From Squalus acanthias (Eukaryota), in the NCBI GenBank assembly GCA_030390025.1, contig CM059432.1, forward strand, positions 148,678,001-148,742,000: DNA of 64,000 nt, given 5' to 3'. Numbering within the stretch: position 1 is the stretch's first letter; each line of letters begins with the position of its first letter. The notes under the pieces are model-generated. The model worked only from the letters and a program-made list of their open reading frames with translations, was not told where the DNA came from and did not search any database. Below, piece by piece: positions 12,756 to 24,879 of the stretch. The translations under genes and the position numbers were made by a program.

Positions 12756-13505
12756 GGGGAAAAATTCGGTTCCTTTGCGCCTCCCGTTAGTGCCCTAAGA
12801 GGGGGCAAAGCAACTCGTGCCCGGATGCGGAGCCACCAACGCCTCCCGCAAAATTCAGCGGAAGGTTAGCGGCAGCGCTAACCGTTAGCGCCCCGTGGCG
12901 TTGCGCCGCCAGCGATGACATCACCACCGTGCGCAGCGTCCCGTCCGCGATCTTTGGTAGCGCCCCCTGACTTACCGCCGGACGCTATGTCCGACGGGGT
13001 CAGGGGTGCCTAACTGCGGCCGGGGCGGCGCTAATTAAAGGCGAGGTGCCGGGCGGCCATTTTTGTTGCTGGCCACCTGCCAGCACCTGCCTCCGCTGCC
13101 ATCCCCTGCCTCCTGACCCGCCCCCCCCCACCCCCCCGCGGAGTGCCAGCTGTGCTCCATGAGCCTGGCAATTCTCTTGAGTGCCGGGCTCTTTTGCCGG
13201 CACTCCTGATCCCTGGTGGCCCAGCTGGGCCCCGGGTCACGCTGTGCAAGGCCTCTCCCCTTTAAGAAGGCCTGCAGTACCGCGGCGCGACGTGCCGCAG
13301 CGCATGGCGCTGTGGCACGTTGCGCCGTGATATTTCCTCGCAGCGCCCCAAGAGGCAGGCGGGGTGCTTCCAGTAGCGCCCCCCTTCCCTCTTGGGGCGC
13401 TACCACCCAATTTTGGCCGCGGGGGCGCTAATTTTTTCAGGGTGCTAAAAGTAGCGCCCCAGCGAAGTTAGCGCCCCAAAGGGTCGTGACTCAATTTTTC
13501 ACCCC
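12756..13505. mobile_element. GC-rich Harbinger-type MITE, TSD AAG
   Basis: Ends GGGGAAAAATT and AATTTTTCACCCC with AAG on both sides; many subterminal tagcgccc motifs. Confidence 0.75.
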
Positions 13506-13744
13506 AAGTATATTAGATGCATGCATATTTCAGGTTCAGAAAAAAAATAGGAAATAACAAAATAACTGATAAAAAATACAACAGGAGTAACGAAAAACAA
13601 GCAGTTAAAAAGTGAGAGAAAAACAGCAGCAGGGCAAAAGGGCAGGGTTGGGTCTGTTGCCCAAATTAGAGATTCTACGACACAAAATTTGGATGGGCTG
13701 CACATTGGGGGTGGCAGGCTGCGCAGCTTATTGGGGACATTGGT

Positions 13745-16435
13745 CACGAACCAAGGTTTTAAATTTAGGTCAGGCAGACTTTGAAGGGTTGAGGCAGAAA
13801 CTGACCACAGCAGACTGGGCGGAACTGTTCACAGATAAAACTACAGATAACTGTATTTGGTACAATACAAGATTTGTGCATACCCCTCAAGGGCAAGAGC
13901 TCTCTGCTTGTGTAATGAAACAACCTTGGTGAACAAAAGAGGTGAGAGATAATATAGTACTAAAAGAAAGGGCTTAAACAAATGCAAATAATAGTGGAGG
14001 TCCCACAGACTGGGAGAGATACAAAGGGATACAAAGAAAGTAGCAAGAGCTGCAAAAAGAGAATACAAGAAAAAATTTGCGAGAGACAACAAGGATAACA
14101 CTAAAGGTTTTTACAAATATATTAAGAGAAAGAGGGTGGCTAATGTGGGGCCCGTAAAGGCAGATGTAGGTGATGCTGTCATTGAAAGTAAGGAAATGGC
14201 AGACTTGCTAAATACTTACTTTGTATCGGTCATCACAGTAGAGGATGAGAATAAAGTACCAGAGATACGAGGAAAAATAAAAATAAATCACTGGAAGGAA
14301 CTTACTAGATTTAATATAAGCAAAAAAAAGTTATGGATATAATAATGAGACTGAAGATTGACAAATCCCCAGGTTACTGAAAGAAGTAGGTGAGGAAATT
14401 GTAGATACTCTAGTCATGATCTTCCAAAACTCTCTTGATTCTGGAATTGTTTCCTTGGATTGGAAAACTGCCAATGTTACTCCATTTTTTTTTAGAAGGG
14501 TGGGCGAGATAAACCAGGAAATTATAGACCTATTAGTCTAACGTCTGTTGTGGCGAAGTTACTAGAATCTGTTATTAGGGACAGAGTTACTGAGCATTTG
14601 GATGAATATGAACTGATCAGAGAGAGCCAATGTGGATTTGTAAAGAGTCTTCTCTTCTTCTTAGGCAGTTCCTCGGAACCGAGGATGACTTAAAGAGTAA
14701 GTCATGTCTAACTAACCTAATTGAAATTTTTGAGGAAGTCACTAAGGAACAGGTAGGTAAGGAACAGTCTATGGATGCTATTTATATGGACTTCCAGAAG
14801 GCAATCGATAAGGTTCCACACAAGAGACTGTCAGGAAACATGGAAGTACATAGAATTGGAGGCAACCTTTTGACATGGGCAGGAAATTGGTTAGGAGGTA
14901 GGAGACAGAGAGTAGGGATAATGGGCAGGATGTGACTAGTGGCATCCCCCATGGTTCTGTACTGGGGCCTCAGCTTTTCACTATATTTATAAATGACTTA
15001 GATGAAGGAATGAAGATGAAACACATGAAGGCTTTGGATAGGGTACAAAAGAGATTTACTAAAATGGATCCAGGCATCAGGGATTAAAGTTACGTGGATA
15101 GACTGGAGATCTGGCGTTGTTGTCCTTAGAGCAGAGAAGGCTAAGAGGAGATTTGATAGAGGTGTTTAAAATCATGAAGGGTTTAGATTGAGTAAATAAA
15201 GAGAAACTGTTTCCAATGGTTGAAGGGTGGATACCCAGAGGGCACAGATTTAAGTTAATTGGCAAAAGAACCAGAGGCGACATGAGGAAAAACTTTTTTA
15301 CGCAACGAGTGGTTAGGATTTGGCATGCACTGCCTGATAGGATGGTGGGTAGAGTCAACAGTCGCCTTCAAAAGGGAATTGGATAAATAATTGAAGGAGA
15401 AAAAAATTGCAGGGATATGAGAAAAGGGCAGGAGAGTGGGACTGACTGGATTGCTCTTCGAAAGAGCCGGTACAGAATCGATGGGCTGAATGACCTCCTT
15501 CTGTGCTGTACTATTCTATGATTCTATGACACTAAATTAGGTGGCACAGTAAGTCGTGTAGATGGGAGCAGAAAGTTGAAAAGGGACATTGACAGATTAA
15601 GTGAATGGGCAGAACTGTGGAAGATGGAGTCGTACGTATGGAAGTGTGAGGTCATCCACTTTGGACCTAAGCAAAGATAGATCAGAGTATTTTTATATGG
15701 TGAGAAGCTGAAAACTGTGGGGGAGCAGGGAGATTTAGGGGTCCAAGTACAGAAATCACTAAAAACTAGTGGACAGGTACAAAAAATAATTAAAAAGTTG
15801 AATGGAATGTTAGCCTTCATCTCAAGAGGGTTGGAATACAAAGGGGTGGAAGTTATATTACAGATGTATAAAGCTCTGGTTGGACCGCATTTGGAGTAAC
15901 TGTGTTCAGGTCTGGGCACCGCGCCTCAGGAAGGATATATTGGCTTTGGAGGGGGCGCAGCGCAGATTCACCAGAATGATACCAGGGCTAAAAGGGTTAA
16001 ATTATGAGGGCAGGTTGCACAGACTAGGTTTGTATTCCCTCGAGTATAGAAGATTAAGGGGTGAGCTAATTGAGGTGTTTCAGATGATTAAAGGATTTGA
16101 TAGGGTCAATAGAGAGAAACTATTTCCTCTGGTGGGGGGAGTCCAGAATAAGGGGGCATAACCTTAAAATTCGAGCCAGGCCATTGAGGCAGGAAGCACT
16201 TCTTCCCACAAAGGGTAGTGGAAATCTGGAACTCTCTTCCCCCAAAAACTGTTTATGCTAAGTCAATTGAAAATTTCAAAACTGAGATTAATAGTTTTTT
16301 GTTAGGTAAGGGTATTAAGAGATATGGAACCAAGGCAGGTAAATGAAGTTAAGATACAAATCAGCCATGATCTAACTGAATGGCGGAACAGGCCTGAGGG
16401 GCTGAATGGCCTATTCCTGTTCCTATATTCCTAGG
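13745..16435 (+). mobile_element. Decayed CR1 LINE with a nested CR1 3' fragment (~15025-15525)
   Basis: KSCLTNL, DFQKA, GPHLE and LEGAQRRFTRMIPG motifs; two CR1 tails. Confidence 0.85.
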
Positions 16436-16601
16436 TTCCATTCCAAACCTTAAAAAAAGAGATACAGAGTGGTTCAATCTTAAGTCAGTAAACCAGAAAA
16501 GACCACGAGTCCATCAACTAGCTGCGTAGCCAACCTGGAAAGTGTTAGAGAGAACCAAAAAAAACTGAACATCACAGAGAAAGTAATCATCAGACTGTTA
16601 C

Positions 16602-16756
16602 CTATTTCACCCGGGACCTGCTTGCCATTAAAGCGGAAACAAGTTGTGACGTTCAGACAGTTGACTGGCTGTATGCCATCGTGGCACTGCGGAGCTGTGA
16701 TGTTAATGGAGCCCGGAAGAAGGATGGTGATCTCCACGGTAATAACCGGCCGAGCT
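16602..16756 (-). CDS. ITGA9: Integrin alpha-9 coding exon (ARPVITVEITILLPGSINITAPQCHDGIQPVNCLNVTTCFRFNGKQVPGEI), start of thigh domain
   Basis: 155 bp; acceptor tttccag, donor gtaaca. Matches recalled ITGA9 ARPVITVDVSIFLPGSINITAPQCHDGQQPVNCLNVTTCF. Confidence 0.96.
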
Positions 16757-17659
16757 CTGGAAAGGAGGAAGAATATGAAAAACGCGTTCTCAACACTAGA
16801 TCGATAAATCAGAGGAGAGACTTCCCTCTTCCATGTGCCTCGGGTAGTTGGCATTTCCCAGCGCACAGCAGAGTTACATAGGTGCAGAGGCCCAATATAT
16901 CAGGGGCTCCACCCCCACTGCACTACCCTCATTTCCTCTTGGATGCCTTTCGGGTATCCAGTGGTTGCCCATAGGTGAAAACCTCTTTCCTCTTTTCACC
17001 CTCCAGAAACAGATTTTATAGCGGGGGGGAAATAATCTTTCTTCTAGACTTTTATGGTCAGTAGTTCCCTTTCCCTCCAAAATGACCTATTGTAAGGGAG
17101 GGTTTCAAAGCAATGCTGAGAAGTGCAACATACTGGCTTACTGTAGCAAGATTTCAGGAAAGATGAAAAATCAACCTAAAAAGAATTCTCTTGTGTTTCA
17201 ATACTTTTATAATGTTTAAGGTATGTTAGAAAATTCCAGGCAAATACTACAACAGTAATGTTCTCAATTTTCCACTCCTCGCCATTTTTTTTGTTGTTAT
17301 TTTTAATGTCTCCTCTTTAGGTTTCAGCCTCAGCCAAGAGGAGTGGGCAACCTATTCCCATCCCTTTGCCAGAACAGCCTAGGCCGACTTTCTTTAATGT
17401 TTCAATCCATTCTTGTTGAGAAGTGCTCGGCTTCCGCTAAGCACCTTTCCCGGGCCATCTAGTCATGATCAGGGGCTTTTTTATTTGGGGGGATTTAGGG
17501 GACAGACTGCCAGTTACTACCTTATGTCACAGTACTTTACTGTATCAATATGTTGCCCCCATTGAGTCACCAAGAAGTCTTCACTTTATAATTATCATTG
17601 ATGGATGTTGTAAAAGTGCTGATGCTAAATAAATTGGTTCTCTTATCATCAATGATATT

Positions 17660-18732
17660 GAAAGACTTACATTTATACAGTATTTTATCACCTCTTCGGG
17701 ATGTGCCAAAGCATTTCACATCCAATTTTTGAACTGCAGTCACAACAAATCCCGTACACTATTTGAGATAAATAACCAGCTAATCTGTCTTTATTGGTGG
17801 TAGTTAAGGGATGAATGTTGGCCAAGACCCTTGGAAAACTCCCTGCTCTTCTTTAGATAGTGCCGGAGGTCTATTACATCCCCTTCAACAGGCCTCAATT
17901 TAACATCTCATCCATAAAATAGCACTGCCCTCAGTACTGCACTGAACATAAGAACATAAGAAATAGGAGCAGGAGTAGGCCAATCGGCCCCTCGAGCCTG
18001 CTCTGCCATTCAATAAGATCATGGCTGATCTGATCCTAACCTCAAATCTAAAGAACACAAGAAGTAGGAGCAGGACCCGGCCACTCAGCCCCTGGGCCCG
18101 CTCCGCCACCCACAGGGCCTTGACCGATCCGAACTCAGCCTCATGTCCAATTTCCTGCCCGCTCCCCGTAACCCCTAATTCCCTTTACTTCTAGGAAACT
18201 GTCTATTTCTGTTTTAAATTTATTTAATGATGTAGCTTCCACAGCTTCCTGGGGCAGCAAATTCCACAGACCTACTACCCTCTGAGTGAAGAAGTTTCTC
18301 CTCATCTCAGTTTTGAAAGAGCAGCCCCTTATTCTAAGATTATGCCCCCTAGTTCTAGTCTCACCCATCCTTGGGAACATCCTTACCGCATCCACCTGAT
18401 CAAGCCCCTTCACAATCTTATATGTTTCAATAAGATCGCCTCTCATTCTTCTGAACTCCAATGAGTAGAGTCCCAATCTACCCAACCTCTCCTCATATGT
18501 CCACCATCTCATCCCCGGGATTAACCGAGTGAACCTTCTTTGTACTGCCTCGAGAGCAAGTATGTCTTTTCTTAAGTATGGACACCAAAACTGTATGCAG
18601 TATTTCAGGTGCGGTCTCACCAATACCTTATATAGTGCCAGTCTAGATTATATGGTCAAATCCAGGAGTGGGGTTTGAACTCACAACCTTCTTACTCAAG
18701 AGCAGGAGTGCCACCAACTGAGCCAAGCCGAC
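17660..18732 (-). mobile_element. Deu-SINE (degraded) split by a CR1 3' fragment (17946-18633)
   Basis: SINE body at 17660-17945 and tRNA head at 18635-18732; CR1 ORF 18141-18623 lies between them. Confidence 0.75.
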
Positions 18733-19102
18733 ATGTAAAGTTATAGGCTTTCCCGAGCTGCTCCAAGTATTGAGAACTTGATTCTCACACACACCTGTCC
18801 TGTGAAATTGAAATTTAGCTGTGTCAGTTATTAATTGGACTTTCTATCTGCCCTGCTTGAATGAGACCTCCTGCCAGCTGATCATAGAGTGACAAAGACA
18901 ATGGTCACCCAGATATCTGCCCACCAGCTCACCACCAACACCTCGAGTGACTTCGCCGGGAGCAAGCGGAAGCCAAGCGCAAACAGCGGAAGGAGCGCAC
19001 ATCAACCCAAGCACCCCACCCACCCGCCCCTTCAACCACCGTCTGCCCCACCTGTGAGAAGTCGCACAACACCAGGTTATAGTCCAACAGCTTTATTTGA
19101 AA

Positions 19103-19139
19103 TCACAAGCTTTCGGAGCGCTGCTCCTTCGTCAGGTGA
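19103..19139 (-). ncRNA. Minimal type I hammerhead-ribozyme motif (family P)
   Basis: UCAC-CUGACGA-A-GGAGC-AGC-GCUCC-GAAA-G-CUU-GUGA on the minus strand. Confidence 0.7.
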
Positions 19140-19298
19140 AGTGAAGAGATGCATATAGGCACAGCATATATAGTCAGAGAACACAGCCAGATGATTACAG
19201 TTAATCTTTCTAACTGCCTTTTATCACACCTCGGCAGAGAGATAATCACGGCAGTGTTCTCTGACTATATATGCTGTGCCTATATGCATTTCTTCACT

Positions 19299-19335
19299 TC
19301 ACCTGACGAAGGAGCAGCGCTCCGAAAGCTTGTGA
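19299..19335 (+). ncRNA. Minimal type I hammerhead-ribozyme motif (family P)
   Basis: Same motif on the plus strand. Identical copies lie at 20938-20974 (-) and 21134-21170 (+); a loop variant lies at 40815-40852 (-). Confidence 0.7.
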
Positions 19336-20377
19336 TTTCAAATAAAGCTGTTGGACTATAACCTGGTGTTGTGCGACTTCTCACATTTGTCCACCCCAGT
19401 CCAACACCGGCATCTCCTCATCATGCCCCACCTGTGACAGAGACTGTAGGTCCCGCCTTGGACTCATCAGTCACCTGAGAACTCATTTTTAGTGTGGAAG
19501 CGAGTCATCCTCGGTTCCGAGGGACTTCCTGAGAAGAATGGATGAGTGGGAATCAGCAACTTGCAAAGGGAGCAAAATTGGTGTGTCCATCACCAACAGA
19601 CTGAGCAAGTTTTGGTGTGTTTGTTGGCCGCATTTATACAGTCACAAAGAGGAAGTAATAACAGCAACAATTATCTGCTGCTAAGTCATTTACAGTCAGT
19701 CATTTTCTTAAGAAAGTTGTGTGCTCACACTTTTAAGTGGAATTTTCTCCCTGCCAACAGCAATACACACTCCCGATCGCAATTGGACTGTTTATGTTTC
19801 TTTCATCGTGTTTACTGCTCGAGCAGCAGCTTCTCTGTTTCAGAATAGCTGGCACCCTGGGAGCTCTCCTGCAGCAGACCCACGCCTGCCATGCCATGTC
19901 TGTGGACCTTGGCAGAGCTGCCTCACAAGAACAAAGAGCGTAGCCCCAACAGAGGTGGGCCAAATTTCTGGAGAATCTTAGCAATGTATCAATAACACTT
20001 GGCAACCTGTCTATTATTCTTGGCGGCCCTCGTTGTTGAACTACTGTCCAGGACTTATGGGTTTTATTTATATAAAGTATTGGTTCACATTAACTGGTTC
20101 TTATGATTATAAACTTCTTTTCCAACGCTTAATTAAAAAAATGTGGCTTAATCAAAAAGATACAGGGACGGAGGAAGGACTCTGTGTCAGTCACACCTGG
20201 CTGATTATATGTGTGCGTGGAGTATTTTCAAGAATGTTACATATTTAGCCTCTTTGCTTTTTACATTTACCTGCATGTTAATGCCATGTCAGTTTCATAA
20301 TCTCAAAATCAACCAGTTAATATTACTGGTTTTACAACTTTTAGTCCTGGTTACTTACTCGCTTCCACAAGTGTTAG

Positions 20378-21545
20378 CTTCGCACAGTGGTAGTACTCTC
20401 ACCTCTGAGTCAAAGGTCATAGGTTCAAGTCCCACTGAAAGGCTTGAGTACATAATCGAGAATGATACTAAGGGGGTGCTGCATTGTTGGTGGAGCTGTC
20501 TTTTGGATAAGGTGTTAAATACTGCCCGCCTATTTAGGTGGACATAAAAGACCCAACGACACTGTTCGAAGAAGAGCAGGGGATTCTTCAGATATCCTGG
20601 CCGACATCCTTCTCTCAACTAACATCACCAAGAGAGCCCCAGGTGGGCAGAGGAAACGCTTCAAGGACACCCTCAAAGCCTCCTTGAAATAGTGCAACAT
20701 CCCCACCGACACCTGGGAATCCCTGGCCCAAGACCGCACAAAGTGGAGGAGAAGCATCCGGGAAGGCGCCGAACACCTCGAGTCTCTTCGCCGGGAGCAA
20801 GCGGAAGCCAAGCGCAAACAGCGGAAGAAGCGCACGTCAACCCAAGCACCCCACCCACCCGCCCCTTCAACCACCGTCTGCCCCACCTGTGAGAAGTCGC
20901 ACAACACCAGGTTATAGTCCAACAGCTTTATTTGAAATCACAAGCTTTCGGAGCGCTGCTCCTTCGTCAGGTGAAGTGAAGAGATGCATATAGGCACAGC
21001 ATATATAGTCAGAGAACACAGCCAGATGATTACAGTTAATCTTTCTAACTGCCCTTTATCACACCTCGGCAGAGAGATAATCACGGCAGTGTTCTCTGAC
21101 TATATATGCTGTGCCTATATGCATTTCTTCACTTCACCTGACGAAGGAGCAGCGCTCCGAAAGCTTGTGATTTCAAATAAAGCTGTTGGACTATAACCTG
21201 GTGTTGTGCGACTTCTCACATTTGTCCACCCCAGTCCAACACCGGCATCTCCACATCATGCCCCACCTGTGACAGAGACTGTAGGTCCCGCCTTGGACTC
21301 ATCAGTCACCTGAGAACTCATTTTTAGTGTGGAAGCAAGTCATCCTCGGTTCCGAGGGACTGCCTAAGAGAGAACATCACCAAAATATAAATTATCTGGC
21401 CATCCATTCATTTGTTGTTTGAGACCTTGCTGCATCCAAATTGTCTGCTGTGTTTGCCTATATAACAGTGACTGCACTAATCCATTAGTGGTATACGACG
21501 TCAGGATGTTCTGAGGATGTACAAGGGGCTGCATAAATGCAATTC
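20378..21545 (+). mobile_element. Deu-SINE (degraded) split by RTE copy 2
   Basis: Head and body 20378-20631, remainder 21373-21545; homologous to 11053-11500. Confidence 0.75.
20632..21372 (+). mobile_element. RTE-clade LINE 3' fragment carrying the PLE hairpin cassette (copy 2; cassette 20888-21258), 11-bp TSD
   Basis: RAPGGQRKRFKDTLKASLK..IPTDTWESLAQDRTKWRRSIREG peptide; TSD AACATCACCAA at 20621-20631 and 21373-21383. Confidence 0.85.
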
Positions 21546-22179
21546 TTTCTCTGTTAATGAAGTAATTTGTGGAATCAATTGGAAGACAGTAAATGAAGCA
21601 AATCCAACACTGACCCTGAATTTCCTTCCTATCTTCAGCACTTACACCATTATTGAAAAGAAAAATGCATTTATGTTGTGCCTTTCATGACCTCAGGAGG
21701 TCCCAAAGCGCTTTACAGCCAATTACTGCCATAAAAATGATCGCGGGAGTCAAGCACCCCAGAGGAGCATCACTCATCCGCTAGCGCTGGGCCTGGGAAA
21801 GTCTTGGTTTTTCCCCACTACTGCTCTCCGGGCAAGTTAGACTGACAGAAATCAGGCACAGCTGCTTCCCAAATCACCTGATTTGGGTGGCAATGAAGAG
21901 TTTTAGAGCTTTGAAGAGGCCCCAAACTGTGCTTGCTGATTCCTGGCTTCACAGACATTTTTCAACCCAGACGCAGGTTTGCACATTGAGACTTGCAGTT
22001 GACCTCCCTTCCCCCCAAAAGTGCTATATAGACTCAATCCAGCCAAACATTCTGTAACCGACCCCCCTCCCCCCCCCCCACCCCGTCACTACGGCCCTCC
22101 CATGTACTCAGAACAACTCTGGAAAAGGTATGGCATTCTCCATGGGCATACCTCATGGAGATGGAGAATTAACAGTAGT

Positions 22180-22900
22180 GCGTTGAGGCGAAGAGACACC
22201 AACCCTTCACACCATGTCTATGGGTAAACAGAGGTCCCTCGAGGCTCTCTCAGAGGAGCTCTTCGAAGGGTGTGTTTGCCCAAGGATACCACTGCACATC
22301 TGTGTGCCCTTCTTTGCAAAGATTTTCAGCCTCGCTCCACTCCAGGAAGGCTCTGTCTGTTGCTATGAAAGTGACCCCTGCCCTAATTTTTTTTTTAAGC
22401 ACTTGATCCTTTGAAGGTGCCATAGGGGATCCGTGTATCATCAGCCAGGGAGTAGTCAGGGCGGTGCCCTTGATGGGCAAGGAAGAAAGGCACAAAGTGC
22501 GTTGGAACTTATCTTGCCTGCATTGGTCAAGGCACTGAACTTCTTCCGGCGTTGCTGTGCTGTCCTTATATGGAGGGTGTAGGTAGTGAGTGCCAAGGCC
22601 ATCTCCCTCCAGGCAGCAAGGCTGGCACTGCTGGGTGGCTTGCTGCCTGGCACATCTGTCCCTCCTGTCTTGCACTTCTTCCAGGGGGGGGGTTTGCAGG
22701 TCTCCCTACGAAAACTGCACAGCCCTTTGGCGAGAAGCTGCGTGCCTGTGCCCGCTCATGGTTCCGACAAGATGCACTTCAGATGAGGGTGGAAGATTCC
22801 CTCAGTGGATAGAATGCCAAGGAATCGGAGAAAGAATCTCTGCAGACGCCCTTTGCTATCCCCAAGTGCTCTGGTGAATACTTCAGTCTTCACAGACAGA
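22180..22900 (-). mobile_element. Possible highly decayed L1/Tx1-clade LINE C-terminal fragment
   Basis: Only weak remnants such as AAWREM and LHIRTAQQ..LTNAGK. Confidence 0.3.
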
Positions 22901-23098
22901 ACCTGCACAATTTCTGTACTGAAGTTTCCTGAGCCTTAAGCTGCTCACTGCACTTTTAGAACATAATTACACCAGAAACTCACACCACTTCATAGGCTAA
23001 TTAATTTACCTAGGAAACTTGCATACAACTCCGTCAGCTGGTGAATGGTGTAACTTTCTGCACAGTAGCACACTGGTCATCAAGGAAATTCAATTCAT

Positions 23099-23597
23099 GC
23101 ATGCAGGTGCAGCAGGCGGTTAAGAAGGCAAATGGTATGTTGGCCTTCATAGCGAGAGGATTCGAGTACAGGAGCAAGGATGTCTTGCTGCAGTTGTACA
23201 AAGCCTTGGTGAGACCACACCCTGAGTATTGTGTGCAGTTTTGGTCGCCTTATCTGAGGAAGGATGTTCTTGCCATGGAGGGAGTGCAGCAAAGATTTAC
23301 CAGACTGATACCTGGGATGGCAGGAATGACGTATGAAGAGAGATTGGGTCGATTAGGCTTATATTCGCTTGAATTTAGAAGAATGAGAGGGGATCTCATT
23401 GAAACTTATAAAATTCTAACAGGACTAGACAAACTAGATGCAGGAAGGATGTTCCCGATGGCAGGGGAGTCCAGAACCAGAGGTCACAGTCTAAGGATAA
23501 GGGGTAAGCCATTTAGGACTGAGATGAGGAGGAATTTCTTCACCCAGAGAGTGGTGAACCTGTGGAATTCTCTACCACACAAGGCAGTTGAGGCCAA
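23099..23597 (+). mobile_element. CR1 fragment lacking both its 5' part and its 3' tail
   Basis: ORF 23041-23619; near-identical to 55770-56268. Confidence 0.9.
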
Positions 23598-24071
23598 TTG
23601 TTGTTATTTCATTATCTAGCATGCCTCCATCCATTGCAATGCTACCCATTTCAGTGGCCAAGGAATTACACACAATATTTGGACATCAATTTAACTCTGG
23701 GTCTAGATAGACTTATTCCTCTCAGTTCTAATCATATGATAAATATTACAGAATTTGTCCTTCCAAGATGGAGGCATCTCCATTTAATTATATGGAAGAA
23801 CTGACTCTCTAAAAATTATTCATCAATCATGGTCAACTGCCACATCAAATTGCACATTTTCAAAGATTTGCAAACTATTAACATTATTTCTCGGGGGAAC
23901 TAGGATACCCCTGAACGGGTTAGATTGTTGGTGGAGATCCTCTGGGAAGGATGAAAAGGAAATGAAGTTGACCTACTCAACCAAAATGATATCACTTAGC
24001 CTATTAGTTGAAGGTCCTTTTAAAGTGGTTGCACCTTAAACACTCAAGTGGTGACCCGGGGTCGCTGCAGA

Positions 24072-24214
24072 CAATGTTTCCTTTAAGCTGCGTGGCCGCG
24101 CAACGCTCGACAGCTCCCGCGCAGCTGCCTCACCGGCGTTTAAATAGGAAAATTCGCGCATCCGCGGTATTTTGAATAGCTGCACATCCAGAAATTAAAT
24201 TAAAGGGAACATTG
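24072..24214. mobile_element. 143-bp hAT-type MITE with 8-bp TSD
   Basis: TIR CAATGTTTCCTTTAA / TTAAAGGGAACATTG; TSD GCTGCAGA at 24064-24071 and 24215-24222. Confidence 0.85.
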
Positions 24215-24347
24215 GCTGCAGACAGTTAACATGGCTGCATAGAGCCTCCAGCAGACAATAATGGGAAGAGGAGGAGACCCATTTCTTAAGCATGAGGCGA
24301 TACACAAAATTGAAAGGGCAATTAATAACACTTATCCAAACTTGAAA

Positions 24348-24570
24348 TTAAAAATAACAGAAAATGCGGAAATATGGCAGCAGGTCAGAAGTTATCATTC
24401 GAGGTGCGAACCCTTCGTGAGAACTGAAAATTAAAAGAACAGTTCTCACGAAGGAACCACAGCTCAAACTGCCAACAACCTGTCTTTTTATTTCACAGAT
24501 GCTGACGGACATACTGAGTATTTCCACCATTTTCTGTTTTTCTGTCAGATTTCCAGCATTTGCAGTTTTT
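24348..24570. mobile_element. Degraded inverted PLE-terminus element related to family B
   Basis: cttcgtgagaactg...cagttctcacgaagg centre; acagatgctg..ctgagtatttcc..cagatttccagcatttgcag tail. Confidence 0.6.
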
Positions 24571-24879
24571 TTTAATTTCTTATTCTTTTTAATTTGACTT
24601 TTCCAAACCTGCTGATTCATCAAGAGTCTTATTTACGATCACTAAGCACTTCTGAATTTAAAATAAATGAAAGTCGCCAGAAATAAGTAATATAGAATCC
24701 TTATAAAAATATTGTCTTGTCCTTTGAATGCCTGAAAAAATGGTCTAGTCTGGAATGTGGCTCATAATTAAAATTAGAATTAAAAGGCCTTGGAGAGAGT
24801 GCGAAGGAGATTTACCAGAACGGTACCTGGGATGAGGGACTTAATTTACGTGGTGAGACTGGAGAAGCTGGGATTGATA

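Larger units (their letters stand above)
19053..19423. mobile_element. PLE-derived inverted-repeat cassette (family P): ~135-bp arms, ~60-bp spacer, ~38-bp tail, 14-bp TSD
   Basis: Arms 19053-19188 and 19250-19385; TSD TGCCCCACCTGTGA at 19044-19057 and 19424-19437; arm plus spacer homologous to the 3' end of the GIY-YIG element at 40766-40984. Confidence 0.88.
18937..19538 (+). mobile_element. RTE-clade LINE 3' fragment carrying a PLE hairpin cassette (copy 1)
   Basis: With the cassette removed it reads VCPTCDRDCRSRLGLISHLRTHF (C2H2-like C-terminus); near-identical to 20772-21372. Confidence 0.75.

Noticed and set aside
12756..13505. CpG island or promoter
   Set aside because: The CpG richness is confined between TIRs with a TSD, so it reflects a young MITE.
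19053..19385. DNA-transposon MITE or pre-miRNA interpretation of the hairpin
   Set aside because: The one-sided tail, 14-bp TSD and direct homology to a GIY-YIG retroelement end point to a PLE origin.
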